Assembly: GCA_021818875.1 (NCBI GenBank)
Contig: JAKASW010000002.1
Span: 1 to 44,683 of the forward strand
Origin: Bacteroidota bacterium
GTDB lineage: Bacteria > Bacteroidota > Ignavibacteria > Kryptoniales > JAKASW01
Length of the DNA: 44,683 nt
Reading direction: 5' to 3'
Shown: in pieces, positions 36,999 through 44,499 of the stretch
How the letters are laid out: each line of letters begins with the position of its first letter
Position numbering within the stretch: position 1 is the first letter of the stretch
Translations under genes and position numbers: made by a program
Notes under the pieces: model-generated
The model's input: the letters and a program-made list of their open reading frames with translations, nothing else
Database searches by the model: none
What the model was told of the DNA's origin: nothing

Positions 36999-37378
36999 AC
37001 CCTGCGATTCCTGAAATTGCCAAACAACTAGCTCGCGATCTCCGACGGAGAGAGACGAGAGCGGAGAAGAAGTTATGGAACATCCTGTGCAATCGTCAAT
37101 TCCTTGGAAAGAAGTTTCTTCGTCAACATCCGATTATCTTCGACTATGAATCCCGCAAACGATTTTTCATCGCTGACTCTTGCTGTCACGAAAACAAATT
37201 AGTCATCGAGATCGACGGGAAAAGCCATGATTATCAGAAGGACTATGATGAGCTCAGAACTTACATAATCAATGGACTTGGATTTGGAATGGTCAGGTTC
37301 CGGAACGAAGAAATCGAGAATGACATTGGAAGGGCCTTGGATGAACTGAGGCGTTTATTGACGAAGGGAGTGATGTAA
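36995..37378 (+). CDS. DUF559 (Vsr-like endonuclease fold) protein
   Basis: LRRRETRAEKKLWNILCNRQFLGKKFLRQHPI...FIADSCCHENKLVIEIDGKSHDYQKDYDELRTYIINGLGFGMVRFRNEEI is the DUF559 pattern. The GTG start overlaps the remnant stop (GTGA) and the TAA stop overlaps the next ATG (TAATG). Confidence 0.8.
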   Translation: MNPAIPEIAKQLARDLRRRETRAEKKLWNILCNRQFLGKKFLRQHPIIFDYESRKRFFIADSCCHENKLVIEIDGKSHDYQKDYDELRTYIINGLGFGMVRFRNEEIENDIGRALDELRRLLTKGVM

Positions 37379-38478
37379 TGACCGACCCAATACATATCGC
37401 CGGTGCAGGTCCTGCAGGCCTGGCTGCCGCCGTCAACCTGGCGAAGGGCGGATACGATATGATGGTACATGAAAAGAATCCGGATGTCGGCATGAGGTTC
37501 AATGGTGATTTTCAGGGAATCGAAAACTGGTCTTCAGAGACAGATGCTCTGCCATTCCTCGAATCCGTCGGAGTTTCAGTGAACCTCAAGTACAATTCTT
37601 TCAACCGGCTTGTGACTTTTGATCCATCGGGAAGAAGGCACGTTGTGAAGTCGAGGAAGCCGCTCTTTTATCTTGTCGAGAGAGGAAATGGGTCCGACTC
37701 ACTCGACCAGAGTTTGAAAAGACAAGCTATCGGAGCCGGCGCGAAGTTCATCTTGAACAAGAGAGCGAAAGAAGCGAAACAGGGGAAGGTGATCGTTGCG
37801 ACCGGTCCGAAGGTGGCCGATGCAATTGCGAAAGGAATCCTGTTTGGGACTTCGTACCCCGACCCTGCGATAACCTTCGCCGACAACCGCATTGCTCCGA
37901 AGGCATACGCATGCCTGCTTGTGAGTGGCGGCAGAGCAACATTCGCAACCTGCCTTTTTGAGGATTTCAAGAACGCGAGAGATTATTTCGAAAGGGCACT
38001 GGAAAGAATGCAGAAGCTGGTCAAGATCGACATTCAATCACCTAAACAGTTCGGCGACTATGTGAATTTCTTTCTAAGACCACGCTTCAAAGGGACCAGG
38101 TTCTCGTGCATCGGGGAGTGCGCCGGCCTTCAGGATGGACCTTGGGGTTTCGGGATAAGATATGCTATAATGTCAGGTGCCCTGGCCGCGCGCAGTATCA
38201 TGAGAGGCCGGTCTTACGAGCGGCTTGCCCGAAAGAAAATGAGTAAGATATTCGAAGTCTCGATCACAGATCGATTTATTTTCTCGCATCTTGGAAACCG
38301 TCGCTACGAAACAGTTCTATCATATGGCGATACACTCGAAGATCTTGTTGAATGGTTGAAGAAGTGGTACAACCCATCGCCCTTTAAGACCGTAGCACCT
38401 CAGGTCACGAAACGCTGGTATCATTCGCGCATCAAACATAATGAGTGGATCTACGGGGACTCAGCTTCCATCCGGTAA
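37378..38478 (+). CDS. FAD-dependent oxidoreductase (geranylgeranyl-reductase-like family)
   Basis: N-terminal dinucleotide fold IHIAGAGPAGLAAAVNLAKGGYDMMVHEK. 366 aa, with C-terminal GECAGLQDGPWGFGIRYAIMSG. Confidence 0.7.
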   Translation: MTDPIHIAGAGPAGLAAAVNLAKGGYDMMVHEKNPDVGMRFNGDFQGIENWSSETDALPFLESVGVSVNLKYNSFNRLVTFDPSGRRHVVKSRKPLFYLVERGNGSDSLDQSLKRQAIGAGAKFILNKRAKEAKQGKVIVATGPKVADAIAKGILFGTSYPDPAITFADNRIAPKAYACLLVSGGRATFATCLFEDFKNARDYFERALERMQKLVKIDIQSPKQFGDYVNFFLRPRFKGTRFSCIGECAGLQDGPWGFGIRYAIMSGALAARSIMRGRSYERLARKKMSKIFEVSITDRFIFSHLGNRRYETVLSYGDTLEDLVEWLKKWYNPSPFKTVAPQVTKRWYHSRIKHNEWIYGDSASIR

Positions 38479-38548
38479 AAGTGAAGCTTCTGATGGACCT
38501 AAGATGCCGGTAGGATAAGAAGCGCAAACTGTTGACACAGGGAAAAAC

Positions 38549-38935
38549 ATGTCTTACTACTTCAGCAAAACTAAGAACGCTCCTTTTGAAAAGGCAATTG
38601 AAGACATCTCGGCTAAATTGAAAGTGGAAGGTTTCGGAACCCTTACCGAAATCGATGTGAAGGAAACTCTCAAGAAGAAACTCGATGTCGATTTCAGGAA
38701 GTACAAGATTCTCGGGGCGTGCAATCCGCCGTTTGCATACAGAGCACTTCAAGCAAAAGATAAAATCGGGACGATGCTGCCCTGCAACGTCGTGGTACAG
38801 GAGATATCCGATGGCACCGTCGAGATCGTGGCAATCTATCCCGTGGCTTCAAGGCAAGCTGTCGGCAATCCCCGATTGGCCGATGTAGCGGAGCAAATAC
38901 GCAGTAAACTTAGGAAAGTGGTTGAAAACTGTTAA
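38549..38935 (+). CDS. DUF302 domain protein
   Basis: FEKAIEDISAKLKVEGFGTLTEIDVKETLKKKLDVDFRKYKILGACNPPFAYRAL...MLPCNVVVQE is the canonical DUF302 pattern. Confidence 0.8.
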   Translation: MSYYFSKTKNAPFEKAIEDISAKLKVEGFGTLTEIDVKETLKKKLDVDFRKYKILGACNPPFAYRALQAKDKIGTMLPCNVVVQEISDGTVEIVAIYPVASRQAVGNPRLADVAEQIRSKLRKVVENC

Positions 38936-39071
38936 ACAGGAGACACGTCTACGACCTCGTAGAGGAGAAAGGTCGACGACTCGACTCGTCGAGAGACAGG
39001 AGAAAGACGGTCTCAGTCCTTCCTCCTTGTCCCTGTTTCCTTCTTCCTCTTTTTAAGAAAGGAGAAATATA

Positions 39072-39293
39072 ATGCACTGGATGTTCCCGTTCTGGGGCGA
39101 TTGGTTTCTAATGCCATTCTGGTGGATCCTCATTATTATCGTGGTGGTGGTCGCGATAAGCCGGAGGCCGCATCATATAAGTCAAAGTCAAATGCCGAAA
39201 GAAGACTCGGCTCTTGAAATTCTAAAGAAGCGATATGCGAGAGGCGAAATATCGAAAGAAGAGTTCGAGGAGAAAAAGAAAGACTTGATTTGA
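39072..39293 (+). CDS. small membrane protein with SHOCT domain
   Basis: TM segment (FWWILIIIVVVVAI) followed by LEILKKRYARGEISKEEFEEKKKDL (SHOCT motif). Confidence 0.7.
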   Translation: MHWMFPFWGDWFLMPFWWILIIIVVVVAISRRPHHISQSQMPKEDSALEILKKRYARGEISKEEFEEKKKDLI

Positions 39294-39316
39294 AATAGTC
39301 CGAAAGCAGGAACTGC

Positions 39317-39661
39317 ATGTCACATGTTGGGCTAATTCTGCCTGTCCTGGGACTCTTCCTATTCTTCTTTTTGCCGTTGCCCATCGCTGGACCACTGTAC
39401 TTTCTTTTACTTGCTTATTCCACATGGAGGTACCGGTCGTTAATAAAATCGAAGCGTAGGCCGGTCACTGCGGGTGTACAGACTCTGATAGGCCGGACCG
39501 CTGAGGTTATAGATGTATCCGGCAGCGGTGCTCAAGTTCTCGTGAACGGTGAAATCTGGAAGGCGAAGGCAACCACTCCATTAACGAAAGGAGGAAAGGT
39601 GAAGATTGTCGGGATTGAGGGGTTGACCCTAATTGTGAAGGCAGATGACGCGGGGAATTAG
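39317..39661 (+). CDS. NfeD-family protein (TM + C-terminal OB fold)
   Basis: Two N-terminal TM helices, then GRTAEVIDVSGSGAQVLVNGEIWKAKATTPLTKGGKVKIVGIEGLTLIV. Confidence 0.7.
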   Translation: MSHVGLILPVLGLFLFFFLPLPIAGPLYFLLLAYSTWRYRSLIKSKRRPVTAGVQTLIGRTAEVIDVSGSGAQVLVNGEIWKAKATTPLTKGGKVKIVGIEGLTLIVKADDAGN

Positions 39662-39776
39662 CTTCCGATGTCTTTTCAAGAATTTTCTGCAATCATGACT
39701 GTTATAAAAAACACCTCTTTGCGTCATTGAAGATGAAACTATGAATTTAAGGAATTTGAATAGGGAGAAATCGATT

Positions 39777-42452
39777 ATGACAAAAGACCCGGTATGCGGT
39801 ATGTCTGTCGATGAATCGACGGAATTTCAATCTGAGTTCGAAGGGAAGAAGTTCTTTTTCTGTTCTGCGGCCTGCAAATCGAAGTTCGACGCCGAGCCGG
39901 GAAAGTATGCTGAGGCACACAAAGAACAATTCCCGGCCGCTCAGCTCAAGAAGGCTACAGCAACCTCGCACGCAGACGGCACACAAAATCTGAAGCTTCC
40001 GATTATCGGAATGCACTGCTCGACATGCGCGGTGACGATTGAGAAGACTGTCGGAAAGTTGGCAGGCGTCGGCCAGGTACACGTGAACATCGCCACAAAT
40101 GATGCGTTCGTGGAGTATGATCCATCCAGGGTAAGTGCGAAAGAGATTTCCGAATCGATTGGTTCGGCAGGCTATCGTGTCGGCAGGGAAACACTTAAGT
40201 TAGGCATTGGTGGAATGTACTGCGCATCATGCGTGACAAAGATTGAAGACGGGCTGAAACGCATACCGGGGGTTCTCACTTCGAGTGTGGACCTTGCTTC
40301 GGAATCTGCAATTATAGAATACGTTCCGGCAGTCGTGCAGATCAAACCCATTAAGGATGTGGTGGAGAAGTTAGGCTATAAGACGTTTGACACTATCCCG
40401 CCGCGTGATGGGATCGAAGGCGAAGAAATGGATGAGACTCAGAAGGCCCATCAGCAGGAATACAAATCGTTGATGCGCAAATTTATCTTCGCAGCAGTAG
40501 TCTCCGTCCCGGTCGTATTCTTCAGCTATCCGACAATTTTCGGAATCATGTCTTTCATGAAAGTCGGGACCTCGTCATTTGAGATCGTATCCATTGCGAT
40601 GGCCGCCGCCACTCTCGCCGTCATGGCCTACTCAGGCGCCCAATTTTTTACAAGTGCCGTTGCAGCCTTCAGGAGCCGCTCTGCAAACATGAATACCCTG
40701 GTAGCAAGTGGCGTCTCCGCCGCATGGCTCTATTCCACGGTTGCCGTGCTTTTTCCTTCGGTCTTTCCATCAAAGACACTCGCGGGCGAGTTCTACGATG
40801 TCGTAGCCGTGGTCATCGCCCTGGTCATTTTAGGAATGGCACTCGAGGTTAGAGCTAAAGGAAAAAGTTCAGAAGCTATCAAGAAACTCATCGGGCTGCA
40901 GGCGAAAACTGCAAGGGTCGTCAGAGATGGAAAAGAGACGGATATTCCCATGGAAGAAGTTGTCCTCGATGATATCATAATCGTGCGGCCCGGTGAAAAG
41001 ATTCCCGTAGATGGAATTGTGACCGATGGAGCATCATCCGTCGATGAAGCCATGATTACCGGCGAGCCGCTGCCTGTCGAAAAAGGTGCAGGCGACGAAG
41101 TCATCGGTGGAACGATCAACAAGACAGGCTCATTCAGGTTCAAAGCGACTAAAGTCGGCAAAGACACCGCCCTGGCTCAGATAATCAACATGGTACAGCA
41201 GGCTCAAAGCTCCAAGGCTCCGATTGCGAGAACGGTTGATAAAGTTGCGAGCTACTTCGCACCTGCAGTGATAATTACCGGGATACTCGCGTTTATCGTG
41301 TGGTTCGATTTCGGTCCGCAGCCCGCACTTGTGTATGCGCTTATCGTTTTTGTGGCAACGCTCGTAATTGCCTGCCCGTGCGCTCTCGGAATTGCCACTC
41401 CTATTTCACTCATGGTTGGAGTCGGTAAAGGCGCCGAGAACGGAATACTCATTCGAAGCGGCTCAGCACTCGAGACAGCGCAGAAGCTCAACGCGATAGT
41501 GCTCGACAAAACCGGGACTATCACAAAAGGCAAACCGGCGCTGACCGACGTCGTTACCGTAAACGGTTTCAAAGAAGATGAGATCCTGAGTCTTGCGGCG
41601 TCGGTAGAGAAAGCTTCCGAGCACCCACTGGCGGAAGCCATCGTAAACGGAGCCCAGGACAGAAAAGTAAAGACAACTGACACCGAATCGTTTAACGCGA
41701 TTCCCGGGAAGGGCGTCGAGGCAAAGGTGACGGGCAAACATGTTCTCCTCGGCAACCTCAAGCTCATGAAGCAGTTCTCGATAGATTCGGCTGCACTCGA
41801 TCAAAAAGTCGGACAGCTTGCCGAGGATGGGAAGACGCCGATGTATGTTGCCGTTGACAAAAAGTTAGCCGGTCTGGTTGCGGTGGCCGATACGGTCAAG
41901 GAAGACTCGAAAGTTGCGGTTGCGCAGCTTCAGAAGATGGGTCTGGAAGTGGTCATGCTAACCGGCGACAACGAGCGCACAGCAAAAGCAGTGGCGCGGC
42001 AGGTCGGGATAACCAGAGTCTTTGCCGATGTTTTGCCGGAAGACAAAGCTCACAACGTCCAAAAAATCCAGATGGAGGGAAAGAAAGTGGCGATGGTCGG
42101 CGACGGAATAAATGATGCACCTGCGCTTGCCCAGGCAGATGTCGGACTTGCAATCGGTACCGGCACCGATGTTGCCATCGAAGCATCTGACATCACACTC
42201 ATAAAAGGAAACCTGAGTGGAGTAGTTGCGGCGATAGATGTATCGCGTGCCACGATGAAGAACATCCACCAGAATCTGTTCGGTGCGTTCTTTTACAACA
42301 TACTTGGGATCCCGATTGCGGCAGGACTGTTGTTCCCATTTTTCGGTATCCTTCTCTCGCCAATGATTGCAGGCGCCGCTATGGCCTTCAGCTCTGTTAC
42401 GGTAGTGACGAATGCGAACAGGCTGAGAGCATACAAATTAAAATTGCAGTGA
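39777..42452 (+). CDS. copA: copper-translocating P1B-type ATPase with N-terminal TRASH/YHS domain and two HMA domains
   Basis: DPVCGMSV...[12 protein letters not shown] (TRASH/YHS), GMHCSTCA and GMYCASCV (HMA), TGEPLP, CPC ([11 protein letters not shown]), [15 protein letters not shown]. Start chosen at ATG 39777 (GGGAG upstream). The track ORF starts at 39741. Confidence 0.95.
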   Translation: MTKDPVCGMSVDESTEFQSEFEGKKFFFCSAACKSKFDAEPGKYAEAHKEQFPAAQLKKATATSHADGTQNLKLPIIGMHCSTCAVTIEKTVGKLAGVGQVHVNIATNDAFVEYDPSRVSAKEISESIGSAGYRVGRETLKLGIGGMYCASCVTKIEDGLKRIPGVLTSSVDLASESAIIEYVPAVVQIKPIKDVVEKLGYKTFDTIPPRDGIEGEEMDETQKAHQQEYKSLMRKFIFAAVVSVPVVFFSYPTIFGIMSFMKVGTSSFEIVSIAMAAATLAVMAYSGAQFFTSAVAAFRSRSANMNTLVASGVSAAWLYSTVAVLFPSVFPSKTLAGEFYDVVAVVIALVILGMALEVRAKGKSSEAIKKLIGLQAKTARVVRDGKETDIPMEEVVLDDIIIVRPGEKIPVDGIVTDGASSVDEAMITGEPLPVEKGAGDEVIGGTINKTGSFRFKATKVGKDTALAQIINMVQQAQSSKAPIARTVDKVASYFAPAVIITGILAFIVWFDFGPQPALVYALIVFVATLVIACPCALGIATPISLMVGVGKGAENGILIRSGSALETAQKLNAIVLDKTGTITKGKPALTDVVTVNGFKEDEILSLAASVEKASEHPLAEAIVNGAQDRKVKTTDTESFNAIPGKGVEAKVTGKHVLLGNLKLMKQFSIDSAALDQKVGQLAEDGKTPMYVAVDKKLAGLVAVADTVKEDSKVAVAQLQKMGLEVVMLTGDNERTAKAVARQVGITRVFADVLPEDKAHNVQKIQMEGKKVAMVGDGINDAPALAQADVGLAIGTGTDVAIEASDITLIKGNLSGVVAAIDVSRATMKNIHQNLFGAFFYNILGIPIAAGLLFPFFGILLSPMIAGAAMAFSSVTVVTNANRLRAYKLKLQ

Positions 42453-42478
42453 TTGAAGCAAATGAGGAGAATAAAGAA

Positions 42479-42856
42479 ATGTCTATAGCACAAATTATCG
42501 TAACGCTTGCCGGTCTCGGATTGATAGGTTTGATTGCCTGGTACTTCTGGTTCTCGGAAAAGAAGGAAACTGTGATTGGAACAGCCGCTTCCGGAATCCA
42601 GGAAGCTTTCATAAAAGTAAAGGGTGGATACTCTCCGGATGTCATCGTTGTCGAAGCAGGCAAACCTGTTCGGCTGAACTTCAACCGCGAGGAGACTGCC
42701 GTTTGCTCGGAGCAGGTTCTCTTTCCGGATTTTGAAAAGCAGGCGACACTGACGCCATTCAAAACGGTGACACTCGAAATCACGCCTGAGAAACCTGGTG
42801 AGTACAACTTCCAGTGCGGCATGGGGATGCTGCACGGAAAGATAATCGCGCGATGA
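42479..42856 (+). CDS. membrane-anchored cupredoxin-like domain protein
   Basis: TM anchor (IVTLAGLGLIGLIAWYFWF), then KVKGGYSPDVIVVEAGKPVRLNF...LEITPEKPGEYNFQCGMGMLHGKI (Cupredoxin_1-type, Cys-Met-His ligands). GAGGAG lies upstream of ATG 42479. Confidence 0.75.
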   Translation: MSIAQIIVTLAGLGLIGLIAWYFWFSEKKETVIGTAASGIQEAFIKVKGGYSPDVIVVEAGKPVRLNFNREETAVCSEQVLFPDFEKQATLTPFKTVTLEITPEKPGEYNFQCGMGMLHGKIIAR

Positions 42857-43112
42857 CGCCGGTTACTTCTGCAAACCTGACGTGCCCGGTCTGTGGAGTA
42901 GTCCAGAAAGCAGAGATGCCGCTAAACGCATGTCAGCACTTCTACGTGTGCACAAGCTGCAAATCGGTTCTCAAGCCGAAGGAAGGCGACTGTCCCGCTC
43001 CGATATTATAGATTATCTAATGATGCGGGATGCCGTAAAGCGGCACTGCGTCTTCTGTTCGTATGCAGACGCGAAGTGTCCGCCGAAACAGATGGAGGCT
43101 CTTGAGGAATAG
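42853..43112 (+). pseudogene. GDCCVxC-family small Cys-rich protein gene interrupted by a 53-nt insert (42994-43046)
   Basis: The upstream half is MTPVTSANLTCPVCGVVQKAEMPLNACQHFYVCTSCKSVLKPKEGDC. The downstream half, in a shifted frame, is CVFCSYADAKCPPKQMEALEE*. Removing 53 nt restores GDCCVFCSY in frame. Confidence 0.7.
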
Positions 43113-43202
43113 TGCGGCGAGGCTGCGACTCAGACTGTCCGGGAATCCTAATGCGCAATTCGATGGGTCCCGGGACCCTTACCGTTAAAGCAAGAATAAT
43201 TT

Positions 43203-43321
43203 TGAAACACATAGACACATAGGGCACATAGTCAATTAATCTCTCTATGTTTTCTATGTTCCTATGTGGTTCAATCTTTTGGGGTCCGTCTTTGCGGTAA
43301 AATCACCGGGGAAGCTTGCTT
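43203..43321. repeat. palindromic CACATAG-array repeat, copy 1
   Basis: CACATAG at 43208, 43216 and 43225. Centre TCAATTAATCT. CTATGT(G/T) at 43245, 43254 and 43262 (a mirror arrangement with 8/9-nt spacing). The conserved tail is GGTTCAATCTTTTGGGG...GCTTGCTTG. Confidence 0.85.
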
Positions 43322-43461
43322 GTCCTGCATCCATGGCCTAAATTCCTGAACGTCATGTCAGATGATGTCCAGGAATGTACAGGTATCATGGCTAGCCAGG
43401 ATTCATGGCGAAGCGATACGCGGGCCGCTTGCACATATTTAACTTATAGGTTAACTTCAAT

Positions 43462-43833
43462 TTGCAGATCAAAGAGTTCGTAACCGGGGAAAAGGCAGAT
43501 ATAGCTGTTCTGGTTGATGAGTATGGTGGATGCGATGTCGTCGATTTCATTGAAAAACTTGGCGAACCTGATCAGAGGAAAGTCATACACCTTTTTAACA
43601 TGTTCTGTGCAAAAGGCGAGATAAGAAACGAAGAGAAATTCATGCATGAGGCCGGAAAAATATTTGCCTTCAAATCCTATTAGGTCAGGATATTGTGCGC
43701 GTTCCTTCCGATTCCGCAGAAGCGCACTGTCGTTCTGTTACACGCCTTCAGGAAGAAGTCTGATAGATTGAAGGAGTCGGACCTGGAGAAAGCGTTGGCG
43801 TTGTATCGGAAAATTATCAGCATGTCAATGTGA
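43462..43833 (+). pseudogene. Gp49/HigB-like (RelE/ParE superfamily) toxin with in-frame TAG
   Basis: Reading through TAG 43681-43683 gives ...GKIFAFKSY*VRILCAFLPIPQKRTVVLLHAFRKKSDRLKESDLEKALALYRKI. The second half is the conserved yRilY.f......vvLLhaF.KKs.k.p..e...A motif. It ends 7 nt before the XRE gene. Confidence 0.65.
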
Positions 43834-43840
43834 GCGTGCC

Positions 43841-44338
43841 ATGGAGCCAAAAGAGAGATTCCGAAAACTCGCAGAAAAATACGATGACGATCCCGAATTC
43901 ATTTACGAGGGATTGGTTCTCCGTATTTCCGAAAGAATAGCAGAGATAATGAAAGACAGCAACCTGACACGGAGCGGTCTTGCTGAGGCTCTCTCATGTT
44001 CGCCTGCTTATGTCACGAAGCTCCTCCGCGGCTCTGAAAATTTGACTCTGAAGAAACTGGCAGAGTTGAGCCACGCCCTGGGGGCGGAACTGTCTGTGGA
44101 CCTGGTCCCGAGAACAAGAGGCCGGCGCCAGAATAAGCTGCACCATGGAGAGTATAACCATGGAGCACGGGTGAGGGGAGTCGTTGCTGAAAAGAGGAAC
44201 AAGCGATGCATAGTTCCTGGTGGCCCCTTCGCCGACGGAAACAATATTGTTCGTGTTGCCCCGCTCTTTTGTATTCCTCAAACAGAAAGAAGAGGCGAAG
44301 CTTGGCATGTGTGCTATTCGATAGCTCCGCAGCTATAG
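43841..44338 (+). CDS. XRE-family HTH protein (HigA-like antitoxin) with a long C-terminal extension
   Basis: LTRSGLAEALSCSPAYVTKLLRGSENLTLKKLAELSHALGAEL is a Cro/C1-type HTH. It sits immediately downstream of the toxin-like gene. Confidence 0.7.
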   Translation: MEPKERFRKLAEKYDDDPEFIYEGLVLRISERIAEIMKDSNLTRSGLAEALSCSPAYVTKLLRGSENLTLKKLAELSHALGAELSVDLVPRTRGRRQNKLHHGEYNHGARVRGVVAEKRNKRCIVPGGPFADGNNIVRVAPLFCIPQTERRGEAWHVCYSIAPQL

Positions 44339-44349
44339 GAAAGAAATAC

Positions 44350-44460
44350 TGAAACACATAGGCACAAAGAGCACATAGTCAATTAATCTTTCTATGTTCC
44401 TATGTGGTTCAATCTTTTGGGTCGCGTCTTAGCGTTGAACAGAGGAGGCGCGCTTGCTTG
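44350..44460. repeat. palindromic CACATAG-array repeat, copy 2
   Basis: Colinear with 43203-43321 (TGAAACACATAG...GCACATAGTCAATTAATCT...CTATGTTCCTATGTGGTTCAATCTTTTGGG...GCTTGCTTG). One right-arm unit (9 bp) is missing and the middle left unit is degenerate (CACAAAG). Confidence 0.85.
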
Positions 44461-44499
44461 CTCAGCCTTCACGACCTATATTTTTGAAAATCACGGCAT

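Noticed and set aside
42991-43049. A selenocysteine codon in the GDCCVxC gene, since the family has selenoprotein members.
   Set aside because: The motif position is not occupied by an in-frame TGA. The only TGA (43021) lies inside the 53-nt insert, after TAG and TAA in the same frame, and the downstream half is in a different frame, which Sec insertion cannot fix.
43165-43178. The perfect 14-nt palindrome GGGTCCCGGGACCC as a terminator after the metal module.
   Set aside because: It has no loop nucleotides and no following U-run. It may be a protein-binding or restriction-type palindrome, but there is no support for a specific call.
34464-43683. An alternative genetic code or stop-codon reassignment as the explanation for the in-frame TGA (34464) and TAG (43681).
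   Set aside because: Well-supported genes throughout the window terminate normally at TGA, TAG and TAA at the positions expected from family lengths, for example the RR, CopA, GH18 and the GTs. Isolated nonsense mutations in accessory genes are the simpler explanation.
43203-44460. Integron attC sites, or a CALIN, as the identity of the palindromic repeats.
   Set aside because: The cassette-like layout fits, but I cannot find conserved R''/R' cores (RYYYAAC / GTTRRRY) in both copies; only copy 2 has a GTTGAAC. No intI gene is in the window. The idea is kept only as a hypothesis to test within the repeat finding.
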